Shown here: one piece after another, positions 46,701 to 55,845 of the stretch
How the letters are laid out: each line of letters opens with the position of its first letter
How positions within the stretch are numbered: the stretch's first letter is position 1
NCBI GenBank assembly: GCA_049299095.1
Contig: JBAQWV010000041.1
Span: 191,569-255,568, forward strand
Direction: 5' to 3'
DNA: 64,000 nt
Source: Anaerolineae bacterium
GTDB lineage: Bacteria > Chloroflexota > Anaerolineae > JAAEKA01
The notes under the pieces: model-generated
What the model was told of the DNA's origin: nothing
Seen by the model: only the letters and a program-made list of their open reading frames with translations
Database searches by the model: none
Position numbers and translations under genes: made by a program

Positions 46701-46959
46701 TAATATACGGATACTGCGCGGGATCGGTGTTGCGCCAGTCAAGAAACACGTAAATGCCCGGGTCTGGCCAGGATTGCGCTGGCGAGCTGGCCTCAACAGG
46801 CGCAGCCAGACGGCTATTTTCGCTGGCAGCCGGTGCATCAACGGCTGGTTGCGAGGAGCCGGGTAAGTCAGCCGCGGCTGCTGACATAACAACCAGCAAA
46901 CCAAGAGCCAAAGTCAAGGCGAGGCTGGTCAACAAAAGCGGACGATGGGACAAATTCAT
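43744..46959 (-). CDS. Secreted multidomain protein: glycoside-hydrolase-like N-terminal region, DNRLRE-like domain, Pro/Thr linker, CBM9-like domain, dockerin-like C-terminus
   Basis: Signal peptide. TIM-barrel-like segment [28 protein letters not shown]-like block [15 protein letters not shown]...IKFDL. CBM9-like block DGQFNEW...[18 protein letters not shown]...ELEIAFD...GLHDDDDG. Two Ca-loop-like dockerin repeats, [12 protein letters not shown] and [17 protein letters not shown]. Confidence 0.75.
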   Translation of the reverse strand: MNLSHRPLLLTSLALTLALGLLVVMSAAAADLPGSSQPAVDAPAASENSRLAAPVEASSPAQSWPDPGIYVFLDWRNTDPAQYPYIIGGHQLFQWHTIETGAGVYNWQPVDTWLQTEASLGKPTGIRFNSYDGPCCGGAWMPQWYMTQHPLGDGFVSCSYYGQTHYIPKFWSASYLQEWSRFIHAAGTRYDNDARVAWVEISVGMFGETIPTDNSMDACLAANGLTSAVWIQTVKAITDIYRSAFPNTPLMLQYAPFYLQRFERREFTDYAGNLGVGLKHNHLLIDHDDQVIDNTDHAEYRAGQYDPMFSFPNTGGPLAWELYRDGLDTEADVYWGVLNALDKHPAYFVAKWDLLTSATPFEKTVWNFANQYLGRTLDDTPGIWTVMREPVSTWYPQRGNYNFWLYQDTAASGGATVPLWNVTSDMRGRYARRTDAASGNPYMYFDVDDEYILGGSTAVSVTVTYLDQGTGTWSLQYDAVDDPYATAFTVQKQNTGQWRTVTQVLGNGYFANRQTGGNDFRLTNGGDDDDTFHRIDLVRLTRYEETGVTLQPGSNGYNGVTDTFISSWSPETNYGETIKFSVRPNDEWAGLIKFDLTGILPPQATITEGYLDLYVTTRSNDSNWVDVGVYAARRGWLEAQATWQRATSSTYWTTAGANGIPADRTNTLLDQQRLESVQAWERFNVTAALAEWASGITNNGLVLKGGTGSGGVNYDFASSENADLTIRPRLVFTYAIAVVPPTPTPTNTPTKTPTPTATPTGQPTHTPTATATVTPTATRTPTPTATATPTATATPVILGPGQVISATFMTLPPTLDGQFNEWNSNSSVLLNSTSAAEVRPTTVAPPTAADASVQVWTAWDDDYLYVAARVWDDVIVNDSADVWQDDELEIAFDGAHDGTFTGADDHQITVNPDGRITNRGNVYLTTITPAIVTLPDGYQIELALPRSLLQPPVWDSGWSVGFNIGLHDDDDGGNWDHYLIWQGTATNTQAQAFGRLDLVGGCHSSDVEPNANHTNPLACDGDVDIADIQRIAGCWLMPVSAACPASLDLDGSGHFSVADIVSAVEDWGWRR

Positions 46960-47093
46960 CAGATAACCTCATGTTCAAAGGCGGTTAACTCACTCCACCC
47001 TTGTCAATCCTCGGTGCGTGCAGCAAATACTGCAAGCATTGGATAGATTATAGTCACTGGCTGGCTGGCGTCCAACCGCAGCAACCAGATGGT

Positions 47094-47122
47094 TTACCGC
47101 TCTAGCAGCACAGTGGTATAAT
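47094..47122 (+). promoter_or_regulatory. Candidate promoter with extended -10 (TGgTATAAT) placed for a leaderless transcript
   Basis: TATAAT at 47117-47122 is preceded by TGg, with a weak -35 TTACCG at 47094-47099. The A of the ATG (47129) is 7 nt past the -10, and no SD is possible. Confidence 0.45.
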
Positions 47123-47128
47123 CCTGGT

Positions 47129-48151
47129 ATGACGGACCTCGCGATTATCACAGAAGCCCTGAGCAAACAATTCGCTCTGCCGCGCGACTTGCGCACCATG
47201 TTCCGGCAGGAAATCATGCGCCAACGCCCGGCTGCCAACGCCGCAGGCATGGTCGCCGCAGTAGATCAAGTATCGCTGCAAGTGCGCACTGGTGAATTGT
47301 ATGGCCTGCTGGGGCCAAATGGCGCAGGTAAAACCACCTTGATCCGCATGTTATGCACCATGATCCTGCCCAGCAGTGGGCACGGGCAGGTGTTTGGCAT
47401 TGATCTGACCGAAAGCAACAACATTCGCCAACTGATTGGCATGTCCTCTGGCGAAGAACGCAGCTTCTACTGGCGCTTGAGCGGCCAAAACAACCTCGAA
47501 TTCTTCGGCGCACTCTATGGCCTGAACGAACGGCAAGCCCGCCGCCGCGCGCGTGAACTGCTGGAGCAAGTTGACCTGGCCAGCCACGCCGACCGGCCCG
47601 TGCGCACCTATTCCAGCGGGCAAAAACAGCGTCTCAGCATCGCGCGGGCGCTGCTGCACCACCCGCGACTGCTCTTCCTGGACGAACCCTCGCGCAGCCT
47701 TGATCCTACCGCGACCATGCGTTTGCACGAATTCATTGAACAACGCCTGCTGCGCGACGAGGGCATGACCATCCTCCTCACGACGCATCGCCTGGACGAA
47801 GCGGCACGCCTCAGCCATCGTATCGGCATCATGGATCACGGCCGCCTGCGCGCCGAGGGCACACCCGACGAACTGCGAATGCGCCTCGGTGCAGCCATCG
47901 TCTACACACTTACAGTCCGCCGCCTGTCCATTGACCCGTTGACGCTGGTGAAAGACCTGGCCGGCAGTGTGCGAGCCGAGCCGGGCAGCGCCGCGGGCGA
48001 CTGGACTGTGACACTGGAAGCAGTGCAGCATGAAAGCGCGCTGGCCCTGCTGCTGCACCGCATCGTTACGGCAGGCGGCGAGGTGTGCGATGTCCGCCGC
48101 CGTCAACCGTCGCTGGAGCAGGTTTTCCAGCGTTTCACTGAGCATTCTTAA
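47129..48151 (+). CDS. ABC transporter ATP-binding protein (ABC-2/DrrA-like exporter)
   Basis: Walker A GLLGPNGAGKTT, signature YSSGQKQRLSIA, and Walker B LLFLDEP. Confidence 0.9.
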   Translation: MTDLAIITEALSKQFALPRDLRTMFRQEIMRQRPAANAAGMVAAVDQVSLQVRTGELYGLLGPNGAGKTTLIRMLCTMILPSSGHGQVFGIDLTESNNIRQLIGMSSGEERSFYWRLSGQNNLEFFGALYGLNERQARRRARELLEQVDLASHADRPVRTYSSGQKQRLSIARALLHHPRLLFLDEPSRSLDPTATMRLHEFIEQRLLRDEGMTILLTTHRLDEAARLSHRIGIMDHGRLRAEGTPDELRMRLGAAIVYTLTVRRLSIDPLTLVKDLAGSVRAEPGSAAGDWTVTLEAVQHESALALLLHRIVTAGGEVCDVRRRQPSLEQVFQRFTEHS

Positions 48152-48156
48152 CGCCT

Positions 48157-48957
48157 ATGCAACGCGCTCTGGCCTTCCTGCGTCGCGATCTTCGCTTACA
48201 AATGAGCTATCGCTTCGCCTTTGTGCTGCAAATCTTCGGCATCTTCTTCAGCATGTTCGTGTTTTACTTCTTCAGCAAGCTGGTGGGGCCGTCTGCATCG
48301 CCTTATCTTGCCCAATATGGCGGTGATTACTTCGCGTTTGTACTCGTTGGGCTGGCCTTTTCCGGCTATTTCGGCGTCGGCTTGCAAAGCTTCGCGGGCA
48401 CCATCCGCGAGGCACAAACCACTGGTACGCTGGAGGCGATGCTGCTGACGCCCACGCGGCTGCGCACCATCGTGCTGTCCAGCGGCATCTACGACTATGG
48501 CTTCGTCACCTTCCAAGTCTTGCTCTACCTGGTCGTGGGTGCGCTGCTTTTCGGCATTCACATCAGAGGCAACTTGCTCGCGGCGCTGGTGATTCTGGTG
48601 CTGACCATCGTTGCCATGACCGCGCTCGGCATCATGGCCGCCAGCTTTATCATGGTACTCAAGCGCGGCGATCCCGTCACCTGGTTCTTCAACTCGTTAT
48701 CATTGTTTTTAGGTGGCGTCTATTACCCGGTTTCCTTGCTGCCGACTTGGCTGCAAAAGCTTTCGTGGCTGTTGCCGATCACCTATTCGCTGGATGGGAT
48801 GCGTCGTGCGCTGCTAACCGATGCCTCTTTCGTCGAATTGCTGCCCAACATCGTGGCTCTGCTGATCTTCTCCGTGCTACTGGTGCCGATCAGTCTGTAC
48901 ATCTTCCGCCGTGCGGTGAACCGCGCCAAGATGGACGGCAGCCTCGCCCACTTCTAG
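48157..48957 (+). CDS. ABC-2 type transporter permease
   Basis: Six-TM hydrophobic protein immediately downstream of the ATPase. Confidence 0.85.
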   Translation: MQRALAFLRRDLRLQMSYRFAFVLQIFGIFFSMFVFYFFSKLVGPSASPYLAQYGGDYFAFVLVGLAFSGYFGVGLQSFAGTIREAQTTGTLEAMLLTPTRLRTIVLSSGIYDYGFVTFQVLLYLVVGALLFGIHIRGNLLAALVILVLTIVAMTALGIMAASFIMVLKRGDPVTWFFNSLSLFLGGVYYPVSLLPTWLQKLSWLLPITYSLDGMRRALLTDASFVELLPNIVALLIFSVLLVPISLYIFRRAVNRAKMDGSLAHF

Positions 48958-48975
48958 CGCGAGCGAACAACTCAA

Positions 48976-49024
48976 GAGTAAAACAAACGGCGCTACCGAG
49001 CCAGAAAAGTTCGGTAACGCCGTT
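48976..49024 (-). terminator. Rho-independent terminator of the C25 operon
   Basis: Stem aacggcgctaccga/tcggtaacgccgtt (one mismatch), followed on the minus strand by GTTTGTTTTA. Confidence 0.6.
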
Positions 49025-49040
49025 GCTGTTCCTGTCACTC

Positions 49041-51260
49041 TCAACGCGGCTGTTGCAAACGCAGCGCCGGATCCCCCAGCAATGTGAACGTTTCGATCAA
49101 GTCCTGCATCAGGTCATGTTCCGCGCTCAAATCCTGCTTGGCCAGCATAATCGCTTCGCCCACGGTCGGCGCGTCGCCGAACAGGTGCGCGTACAGGTTC
49201 TCCGCCAGTTGGCTTTGATCGTTCGCCAGCGACTCGCTGGTCGGCACGAAGGCCGCCACCACACCGCCCTTGGTGTTGAACAGCAGTTCCTCGGCCATGC
49301 TGCTGGCCGTGGGGTGATGAAAATAGCCCACGAGGCAGGTCATCGTCATCAGGAAGGGGGTGGTCTTGTTGCCGAGCTTGATCGCGTCCTCAATGTGCAG
49401 CATCTTGTCCTTGGCCCAGACGTTCATGCTGCCGTGGCCTACATACGTCACCACACCCACCCCCTGGTTAAGATCTGCGATCACTGTGGCGTTGGGGTTT
49501 TCGTTGACGCCCAGATAGACTTTCTGCACTGTGTAGCTCTGCGGCAGAAAATTCGTCGCCAGTTCGTCGCTGATCTGCTGAAAGGAAGTTTGCTCGTTAT
49601 CGGCCACAAACAGCGCGCGGCTGATCCAATCGCTGCCAGGCGCGGCCTGCTCGTAGGCCAGCGTCTTCGCGACCACATCCGCCACCTGGGCCGCGGACTG
49701 GGCGGGGATGCGTCCCACTGCCATGTCCGGGCGGTCATCGCCCTCATCAAGGCTGACAAACCAATTATCGCTGGCCGTTTCACCCACAAAATGCGTTTGC
49801 AGCAGGTAGGTTGGCACGTAATCGGGGGTTGAATTGGGCAAAAAGCCCTGATAATCGTAGCTGGCGTCGCCCACCAACAGCAAAAAGCGCGGCGCAGGTT
49901 CCGGCCACTCTGTGCGAGCGTACTGCATGTAGGCACGAATGGCCGCGGGGTCTACCATGCCGCCGCTGAAGGTGTTGTACACGTCTTCAATGTTGGCTTC
50001 GGTGACACGCAACCCCTGGCTTCGCCGGTACTCCAGCAGTGGCTGCAAGGCCGCACTGAACTCAGGATATACCACAGCCATATAATCGGCGCCGGTGGGG
50101 TTGATGCGCAGGTCAGCCCCAGCCACCGGCACAATCGCCGCAGGCTGAAGCAGCGCAGCGGGCGTTGAAGCGATATAGCGGCGCTCGGTGTTGCCTGTGT
50201 CGTCCCTGAAACTCAACCCGGCCTGGCTGGCGCGCGCGCCTGTGACCGGCTGCGCTTGCCGCGCATCGCTGACATCCCACAACAAAGTCGTTGCATCCGC
50301 ACCAGCCACGGTAATGGATATACCGGCTGGGCTGGCAAAAGCTAGCTGATCGGCCTCCAACGCGGCCGTGCGTTGATAGGTGATGTCTGCCCGGTTGAAG
50401 TAGAGCATATCCACGCTCGCGCCGGTGTCGCCCGGCGCGGCCAGCGCCAAACTGTTGCCTACGGGGTGCAGCAGGTCAAGGGGCAACGTGGCTGAAATCG
50501 TGCGCCATCCCTTGCCTTCCCAGCTTTCATCTGCCACCACAGACCCGTTGACCTTGAGCAAGGCGTGGTGATCAGTCTGGATGCTCAAATCCTCGGTGTT
50601 GCCCCACACACTGACCGCCAGAATTGCGCTGCTGTCCCCTGTCCAGCCGGGCAAGTCAAAGGTCGTGGTGTACGCGGCCGGGGCAAAGAGCGTCGGCCCC
50701 AGCCAGTGGTCGGTGTCCGCGGGCGTTTGCGACAGATAGTAAAGCGCCTCTTCGATGTGTACCTGTGCGGGCACGATGGAAGCTGTTTCGCCTGTCGCCG
50801 ACTGCACGCTGCGCGAGAGAACGCTGTCTGCGGCGGCATCAGACCAGTGCAGCCAATAGGCGTTGGCTGTGCCGTAGCGGCTGACGCGTGCCTCGCCGTA
50901 GAAGGTCAACGTCAGTGCGTCGCCTGCCCCTTCGATCTGCAAAGCGACCGGCTCGTCGTTCAGCGTCAAGGCCAGTTGCTGGTTGGTGCGCGGGGTAAGA
51001 TCGAAACCGGCCGCGTGCAGGTCGGCGGCGGTTACGCGGTACAAGCCTGTTGTCTCGACCATCAGCTTGACCGCGTCCACTGGCTCGGCAGGGATGGTGT
51101 TGGCTGATGGCGCGTTGACAGGGGGCTTGGCGCGCGGCGTGGCGGCATCTTTGCGGCCACATGCGGCCAGTGCGAGGGTGATAAACAGTAAAACAACTGC
51201 GGCAGCGCCGAAGCGCGCCGCAGTCTGTGCCGTGCGGTTGTTCATAAGTTTGCGTAACAA
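49041..51260 (-). CDS. Peptidase C25 (gingipain/PorU-like) family lipoprotein
   Basis: Signal with lipobox LALAAC. C25 core FLLLVGDASYDY...DMAVGRIPA; catalytic His in VTYVGHGS and Cys in LMTMTCLVGYF. The TTG at 51260 or the ATG at 51245 could be the start. Confidence 0.8.
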   Translation of the reverse strand: MLRKLMNNRTAQTAARFGAAAVVLLFITLALAACGRKDAATPRAKPPVNAPSANTIPAEPVDAVKLMVETTGLYRVTAADLHAAGFDLTPRTNQQLALTLNDEPVALQIEGAGDALTLTFYGEARVSRYGTANAYWLHWSDAAADSVLSRSVQSATGETASIVPAQVHIEEALYYLSQTPADTDHWLGPTLFAPAAYTTTFDLPGWTGDSSAILAVSVWGNTEDLSIQTDHHALLKVNGSVVADESWEGKGWRTISATLPLDLLHPVGNSLALAAPGDTGASVDMLYFNRADITYQRTAALEADQLAFASPAGISITVAGADATTLLWDVSDARQAQPVTGARASQAGLSFRDDTGNTERRYIASTPAALLQPAAIVPVAGADLRINPTGADYMAVVYPEFSAALQPLLEYRRSQGLRVTEANIEDVYNTFSGGMVDPAAIRAYMQYARTEWPEPAPRFLLLVGDASYDYQGFLPNSTPDYVPTYLLQTHFVGETASDNWFVSLDEGDDRPDMAVGRIPAQSAAQVADVVAKTLAYEQAAPGSDWISRALFVADNEQTSFQQISDELATNFLPQSYTVQKVYLGVNENPNATVIADLNQGVGVVTYVGHGSMNVWAKDKMLHIEDAIKLGNKTTPFLMTMTCLVGYFHHPTASSMAEELLFNTKGGVVAAFVPTSESLANDQSQLAENLYAHLFGDAPTVGEAIMLAKQDLSAEHDLMQDLIETFTLLGDPALRLQQPR

Positions 51261-51264
51261 TGTG

Positions 51265-52368
51265 TTATTGACGTTTCCAAACGAAGAAAGCCACCAGCGC
51301 CAGCAGGGCTGCGCCGATCAGGCTACCGCCGCCGAGCAGCAGTAACAGGTTCGAGCTGTTGCCACCTTTGGCCGCGTTGCCGGTCGGGCGCGGGGTGGCG
51401 GTAGGCCGCACCAGCCCCGACTGTGTATCGGCGGCCACGCTCTGCGGCGTGGTTACTTGCGCGGTGGTGTCGCTGGCCGTAGGTACTGCCGCAGCGTCCG
51501 GGGCTGCCGCGCCGGTTTCGCCGGTGGTCGGCGCGGGCTGGGCTTGTGTGCCGGTTTGCTCAGGCGAAAGGGTAGCCGCCGCGGCGTTGTTCTGTTCGAC
51601 GGGTGATTGTGTGTTCGTCTGGGGCGCGACGGTGGCCGCCGTGTTCGCCTGGGGCGCGACGGTGACCGGCGTATTGACTGCGGCCGGGTTGCCGTTGCCG
51701 GTGGCTGCCGGTGTCTGACCTGCGGCTGGCGCTTGGGTAGCTACCGCAGCGGGCGCGGCCGTGTTGGGCGTATTGGCGGCTGCGGCCGGCAAGGGGGTAT
51801 TGGTGGCCGCGGGCTGTGAATTGTTCGTTTGCGAACGCGGGGTATTGGTCGGGACCGCCGTATTCGTGGGGATCGGCGTGTTGGTCGCGGCCGGCACCGG
51901 TGTATTCGTCGGCACAGGGGTAGCTGTCGGGATGGCTGTGGGTTCGCGCGTCGGTGTGATAGTGGGCGTAAAGGTTGGCACGCCCGCGCCCGCGATGATC
52001 TGCTTGTTGCCCAGCTCTTTCTCTACACCGGCTGTACTCAGCTCGACCAGAAAATAATAGTACGTTTGCCCACTGGTCAGGCCGGTGTCGGTATAGCTGT
52101 AATCCGCGCCTGACACGGCGCCGCGGGCAGCATCCCGGTGTACTTCCGTTGCCTGGGCCAGACTGGCCGTTGCGCCGCGCTTCACCAGAAAAGCCGCCAC
52201 ATCGGTTTCTGTTTCCGTGCCCCAGGTGATCGCCATCTCCGTCGGGCTGGTGGTCCGTTCCACTTTAAAATAAGTCAAGCCAACAGCCGCCTCGGCTGGC
52301 GCGATCAGGAGCGTTAAAACAGACAGAATAAAACCAAGCGTAATAAGGCGCATAAAAGGACGCTTCAT
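51265..52368 (-). CDS. Secreted FN3/Ig-like protein with a long Pro/Thr/Ala/Asn-rich region and a C-terminal TM anchor
   Basis: Signal peptide, then an FN3-like block (FKVERTTSPTEMAITWGTE...YSYTDTGLTSGQTYYYFL), then about 200 aa of low complexity. The tail is LLLLLGGGSLIGAALLALVAFFVWKRQ. Confidence 0.75.
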   Translation of the reverse strand: MKRPFMRLITLGFILSVLTLLIAPAEAAVGLTYFKVERTTSPTEMAITWGTETETDVAAFLVKRGATASLAQATEVHRDAARGAVSGADYSYTDTGLTSGQTYYYFLVELSTAGVEKELGNKQIIAGAGVPTFTPTITPTREPTAIPTATPVPTNTPVPAATNTPIPTNTAVPTNTPRSQTNNSQPAATNTPLPAAAANTPNTAAPAAVATQAPAAGQTPAATGNGNPAAVNTPVTVAPQANTAATVAPQTNTQSPVEQNNAAAATLSPEQTGTQAQPAPTTGETGAAAPDAAAVPTASDTTAQVTTPQSVAADTQSGLVRPTATPRPTGNAAKGGNSSNLLLLLGGGSLIGAALLALVAFFVWKRQ

Positions 52369-52449
52369 GGAATACTTCTTCTCCTTACCAAAAACGATAT
52401 ACGACCCAAAATGTTAGCACAGGGCTAGATACGTGTCAAACACGCTGGC

Positions 52450-55400
52450 TTAATTAGCCGGTTGCAAGTTGATCCGCAGTGCGGGATCGCCAAGCAAATC
52501 AAAGGTATCGAGCAAATCGAGATGATTGCCACTGGCCCACAACGCTTGCTTGCCCGCAGCCGTTGCCAGGCCCAGCGTGCGTTCGCCATTCGTATACACC
52601 GCCTGATAAAAGCCGCGGTGCAGCTTGTCGTGGCCGGTGGCTACGCCGAAGCCCGTGGCACCCCAGCCCGCCACCGACCCGCCGTTAGTCCCGTTGAGCA
52701 TCATCACTTCCAAACCGGTATATGTCGCATCGGCGAAATTACCGCTGGCGCAAGCCATATCCAAAATGATCGGTAACCGCGCACCGTTGGTCAGGCGGGT
52801 CACGTCGTTGCGTCCCACATCGCGCGTACGCAAGATAGCCTCATGCGCCCAGGTTGTGGTACCGGCATGTCCGGTATAGTTCAGGAACACGGTGCCACTG
52901 TTTACCGCGGCCACGATGGCATCGGTGGTTGTTTCCGGCGTACGATACCGATAAGGCTCGTTGCTGTCATCCGCCGGGTAGGGATCATAGAACACACGTT
53001 TAACAGCATACTGGCTTGGTGTCAGGGCAATAATGTTTTCGGTAAAAAGCTCGAAATTACCACCAGTATCCCATGTGCCCGTCGCGCTACGCGGGTTGTC
53101 TGCCACAAAGGTCAGTGTACCTGCCCACGATCCCGCGGGCGGTGCGCTGTCGTAGCTGATCGTCTTGTTAACCAGCCAGGTCGCTTCGGTCAGATTGCGG
53201 GCAGGCAGGCGGCCCAGCGCCAGGTCGGGCATACGGTCGTTGCCGCTGACAGTGACGTACTCATTCTCCACAGCCACTTCGCAAGTCCACGGATCGGCAC
53301 ACGCCATAAACGGTGGTATCAGGATCGGCTGCGTGGTAATGCCGGTGCGCAGCCGATAGTCATAATGACCACTGCCAAGCAGCATTAAATACGCAGGTTC
53401 CGGCGATTGCCAATTCTCGTAAGCATACGCTACGAAACTGCGAATAGCATTGGGGTCCAGTCGGCCATTGCTCCACTCGTCGTAGATATCCTGCACATCC
53501 ACCACTGTGACAGTCAACCCGCGCGAGCGCCGATAGGTCGCCAGTGCCTGCGCAGCCGACCACAAACTACGGTGTGTAACCAGCAGATAGTCAGCGCGAT
53601 TGTTGGTATCATGCAACGTCGAGCCAGTGTCGCGTGCAAGCGGCGCGACGCGCGGCACGGCCGCGGTGCGTACCAGTTGATAGCTGCGAGGCGTGGTCTG
53701 TGCAGCGCGGAAGCGCACTTTGTAGGCGCTGGCAGGTGTGCCGCCACTGGTCATCACAAGGGGCAAGTAGACGGCGTGATCGCTGGTAAGCGCACTGACC
53801 TGCGCGGGACTGTCCTGTGCGGCCTGCTGCACATCCGGCGTCATTTGCATACCGGTCAGACGGACAGGCGCGACGGGATTGCTTACATCAAAGCCGAGCA
53901 CATCCGCCGCGCTGAAGCCAGTCACCTGAAACTCGCGCTGGCCGCTGCTGTTGGCCGTGAACTCGACCACGTCATTGAGCGCGGCTAGCGATTGCGTATA
54001 GCCCAATTCCACCCAATCCAGCAGGGAAATGTCCACATTCACACCAGCAATAGCTTCCTGGGTCAGGGTCACCGTGTTGATTCCGCGACGCAGCAGGCCG
54101 GATGGAGCCTGAAATTGCTGCTGCAAGTTGGTAAAGCCATTCCAGCTCATTACGCCCACAGCCTGCCCGTTCAAATCAACGCGCACGCGATGGTCGGGGC
54201 TGGCTGCCAGGATATCCGACGCGCCTTGCAGCACCACCCGCACCGTCGCGCTGCTGGTCGTCACAGCCAGCGGCAAGGTAGTAGAGATCGTGCGGGAGGT
54301 GGTGAAAAGATTGTTCAGTTCGGTCCAGTACCAGCGTTCATAAACGCCGGTTTTCGGCACATCAGGCCGATACACGGCGTCCTGCTCCAGATGAACAGTC
54401 GCAGGCGCAGTGGTATCAGTGACCGCGCTGGTGGGCATGGAGTCGCTCGTGGACATGCGTATCCCCGGCTCATTGCCAACTGACAGCCAATACACATCCG
54501 TATCGCTGTAAATCGTCGGCTCAATCTTAGCGTAAAAGAGCAGTGCCTCGTTCGCCTCGAACTGGGCATCGGCGTCGCCGATGAAATAGGCCGCCACCTG
54601 CTCGCCGTAGGCCCACACCTGCAAATTCGCAGGATTGGCCGCGGCCAGCGGGGCCAGGTCTGCGCCTTGCAGATCGGCCAGCGTGATCTTATACATGCCA
54701 CTCTTGGCAAGGTTGGTTCTGAACCAGATGCGGCTGGTGTCGCCGGGGTAAACCGTGGTGCTGGTTTTGCTAGTACGGTGCGCCGCACGCCAGCCTTGCG
54801 CCTGCTCGTAATTCAGAAGCTGGCTTTGCAACAATGGATCGAACACATCGGCAACCGCCGCGCGGCGCACCGTCGGCACGTTGGTAAACGTGGCCTCGAC
54901 GCGCAGGGATCGGTACACGCGCACCGTCTGCTGTGCCGCGTTGTACTGCACCGGCTGGATCAACACGCGCGCCACGCGCTGGCTGCGCACAAAGGCAGTT
55001 TCTGCGACCGAAACCACCGCGTCCGGTTGGAAGCTATCCACCGCGTACGCGTCCGCGTTGAAAGCAAACTGCGTCTGCACGCCCTGCGCAGCATCCACCT
55101 CGCCGCTGGCCGGATCGCGTGACACCATATAGTCCGGCGCGGGATAAACCAGCAGCGTCTCTGGCAGTGTGTCCGCCTTGCCGTCCAGCACGCGCACCGT
55201 AACATCGCCCTCCGCGGGGATACCCAACGTCACACTGGTTTGCGGCAGAGCAGGCGCGCCTGGCTGGCCCACCGAAGAAAAATCGGGAATTGCGAGCTGT
55301 TGAAAGGTGCGGCCTTCAACTTCGATACTGGTGAGAGTCGGCGCGGGAATATCAATTTCAAACACGAAACTTGTGTCGGTGGTTTCTACGATGCGCACAC

Positions 55401-55500
55401 CAGCCGCCTGCGCGCTGGCGATTGGCGCTTTTTGCCCCGCGGGGAGTATCAAGCCTAACAATAACATCACTATTAGCCCGCTTCTGGGCAACCAATTCAT
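52450..55500 (-). CDS. Peptidase C25 (gingipain/PorU-like) family protein with an N-terminal propeptide-like domain
   Basis: Signal peptide. C25 propeptide-like N-terminus (FVFEIDIPAP...QLAIPDFSSVGQPGAPALP). C25 core YLMLLGSGHYDY...DLALGRLPA; His in LNYTGHAG and Cys in ILDMACASGNF. Confidence 0.8.
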   Translation of the reverse strand: MNWLPRSGLIVMLLLGLILPAGQKAPIASAQAAGVRIVETTDTSFVFEIDIPAPTLTSIEVEGRTFQQLAIPDFSSVGQPGAPALPQTSVTLGIPAEGDVTVRVLDGKADTLPETLLVYPAPDYMVSRDPASGEVDAAQGVQTQFAFNADAYAVDSFQPDAVVSVAETAFVRSQRVARVLIQPVQYNAAQQTVRVYRSLRVEATFTNVPTVRRAAVADVFDPLLQSQLLNYEQAQGWRAAHRTSKTSTTVYPGDTSRIWFRTNLAKSGMYKITLADLQGADLAPLAAANPANLQVWAYGEQVAAYFIGDADAQFEANEALLFYAKIEPTIYSDTDVYWLSVGNEPGIRMSTSDSMPTSAVTDTTAPATVHLEQDAVYRPDVPKTGVYERWYWTELNNLFTTSRTISTTLPLAVTTSSATVRVVLQGASDILAASPDHRVRVDLNGQAVGVMSWNGFTNLQQQFQAPSGLLRRGINTVTLTQEAIAGVNVDISLLDWVELGYTQSLAALNDVVEFTANSSGQREFQVTGFSAADVLGFDVSNPVAPVRLTGMQMTPDVQQAAQDSPAQVSALTSDHAVYLPLVMTSGGTPASAYKVRFRAAQTTPRSYQLVRTAAVPRVAPLARDTGSTLHDTNNRADYLLVTHRSLWSAAQALATYRRSRGLTVTVVDVQDIYDEWSNGRLDPNAIRSFVAYAYENWQSPEPAYLMLLGSGHYDYRLRTGITTQPILIPPFMACADPWTCEVAVENEYVTVSGNDRMPDLALGRLPARNLTEATWLVNKTISYDSAPPAGSWAGTLTFVADNPRSATGTWDTGGNFELFTENIIALTPSQYAVKRVFYDPYPADDSNEPYRYRTPETTTDAIVAAVNSGTVFLNYTGHAGTTTWAHEAILRTRDVGRNDVTRLTNGARLPIILDMACASGNFADATYTGLEVMMLNGTNGGSVAGWGATGFGVATGHDKLHRGFYQAVYTNGERTLGLATAAGKQALWASGNHLDLLDTFDLLGDPALRINLQPAN

Positions 55501-55752
55501 AATTAAACTCCTGTGGTCAGAGCAAATGTGTGTCTGGAAGACTGTTCGCGGGTAAGGAATTGCTTAAAAAGCCGCCATTCCGAATTTGAAAGCGGTAATA
55601 TCGAGAATCACTTCCAAATTTCTCTCTTTTCAAGCACCTCTAAATGCGGCGTTTTTCAGACGCTGCCACACAAAGATAAGTTCCCACGATGGCCTGTTTA
55701 CAATCAGCCTTTACGCATTCCGTACCCACATCACAGCAGCAGCTATCCTGCT

Positions 55753-55779
55753 TTGCAAAGGGCGCACTGTATGTATAAT
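55753..55779 (+). promoter_or_regulatory. Candidate promoter TTGCAA-15-TATAAT (TG adjacent) for the coiled-coil operon
   Basis: TATAAT at 55774-55779 is preceded by TG, and TTGCAA is at 55753-55758. The 15-nt spacer is short. It lies within a 345-bp AT-rich divergent intergenic region. Confidence 0.3.
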
Positions 55780-55845
55780 TAACTCTGTTGGTTCGACATT
55801 TTTCTGCTTCTATCTCTTTTCTTTACATGTCCCAAGGAGGCAACA

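Noticed and set aside
48747-49832. 361-aa ORF on the + strand
   Set aside because: It overlaps the 3' end of the ABC-2 permease in another frame and runs antisense into the C25 peptidase gene. It has no SD and no motifs.
51400-51960. Repetitive GC-rich tracts here and at 10160-10290, 15230-15700 and 44570-44750, considered as possible minisatellite or CRISPR-like elements
   Set aside because: All are in-frame Pro/Thr/Ala linker-coding segments of secreted proteins, not independent repeat elements.
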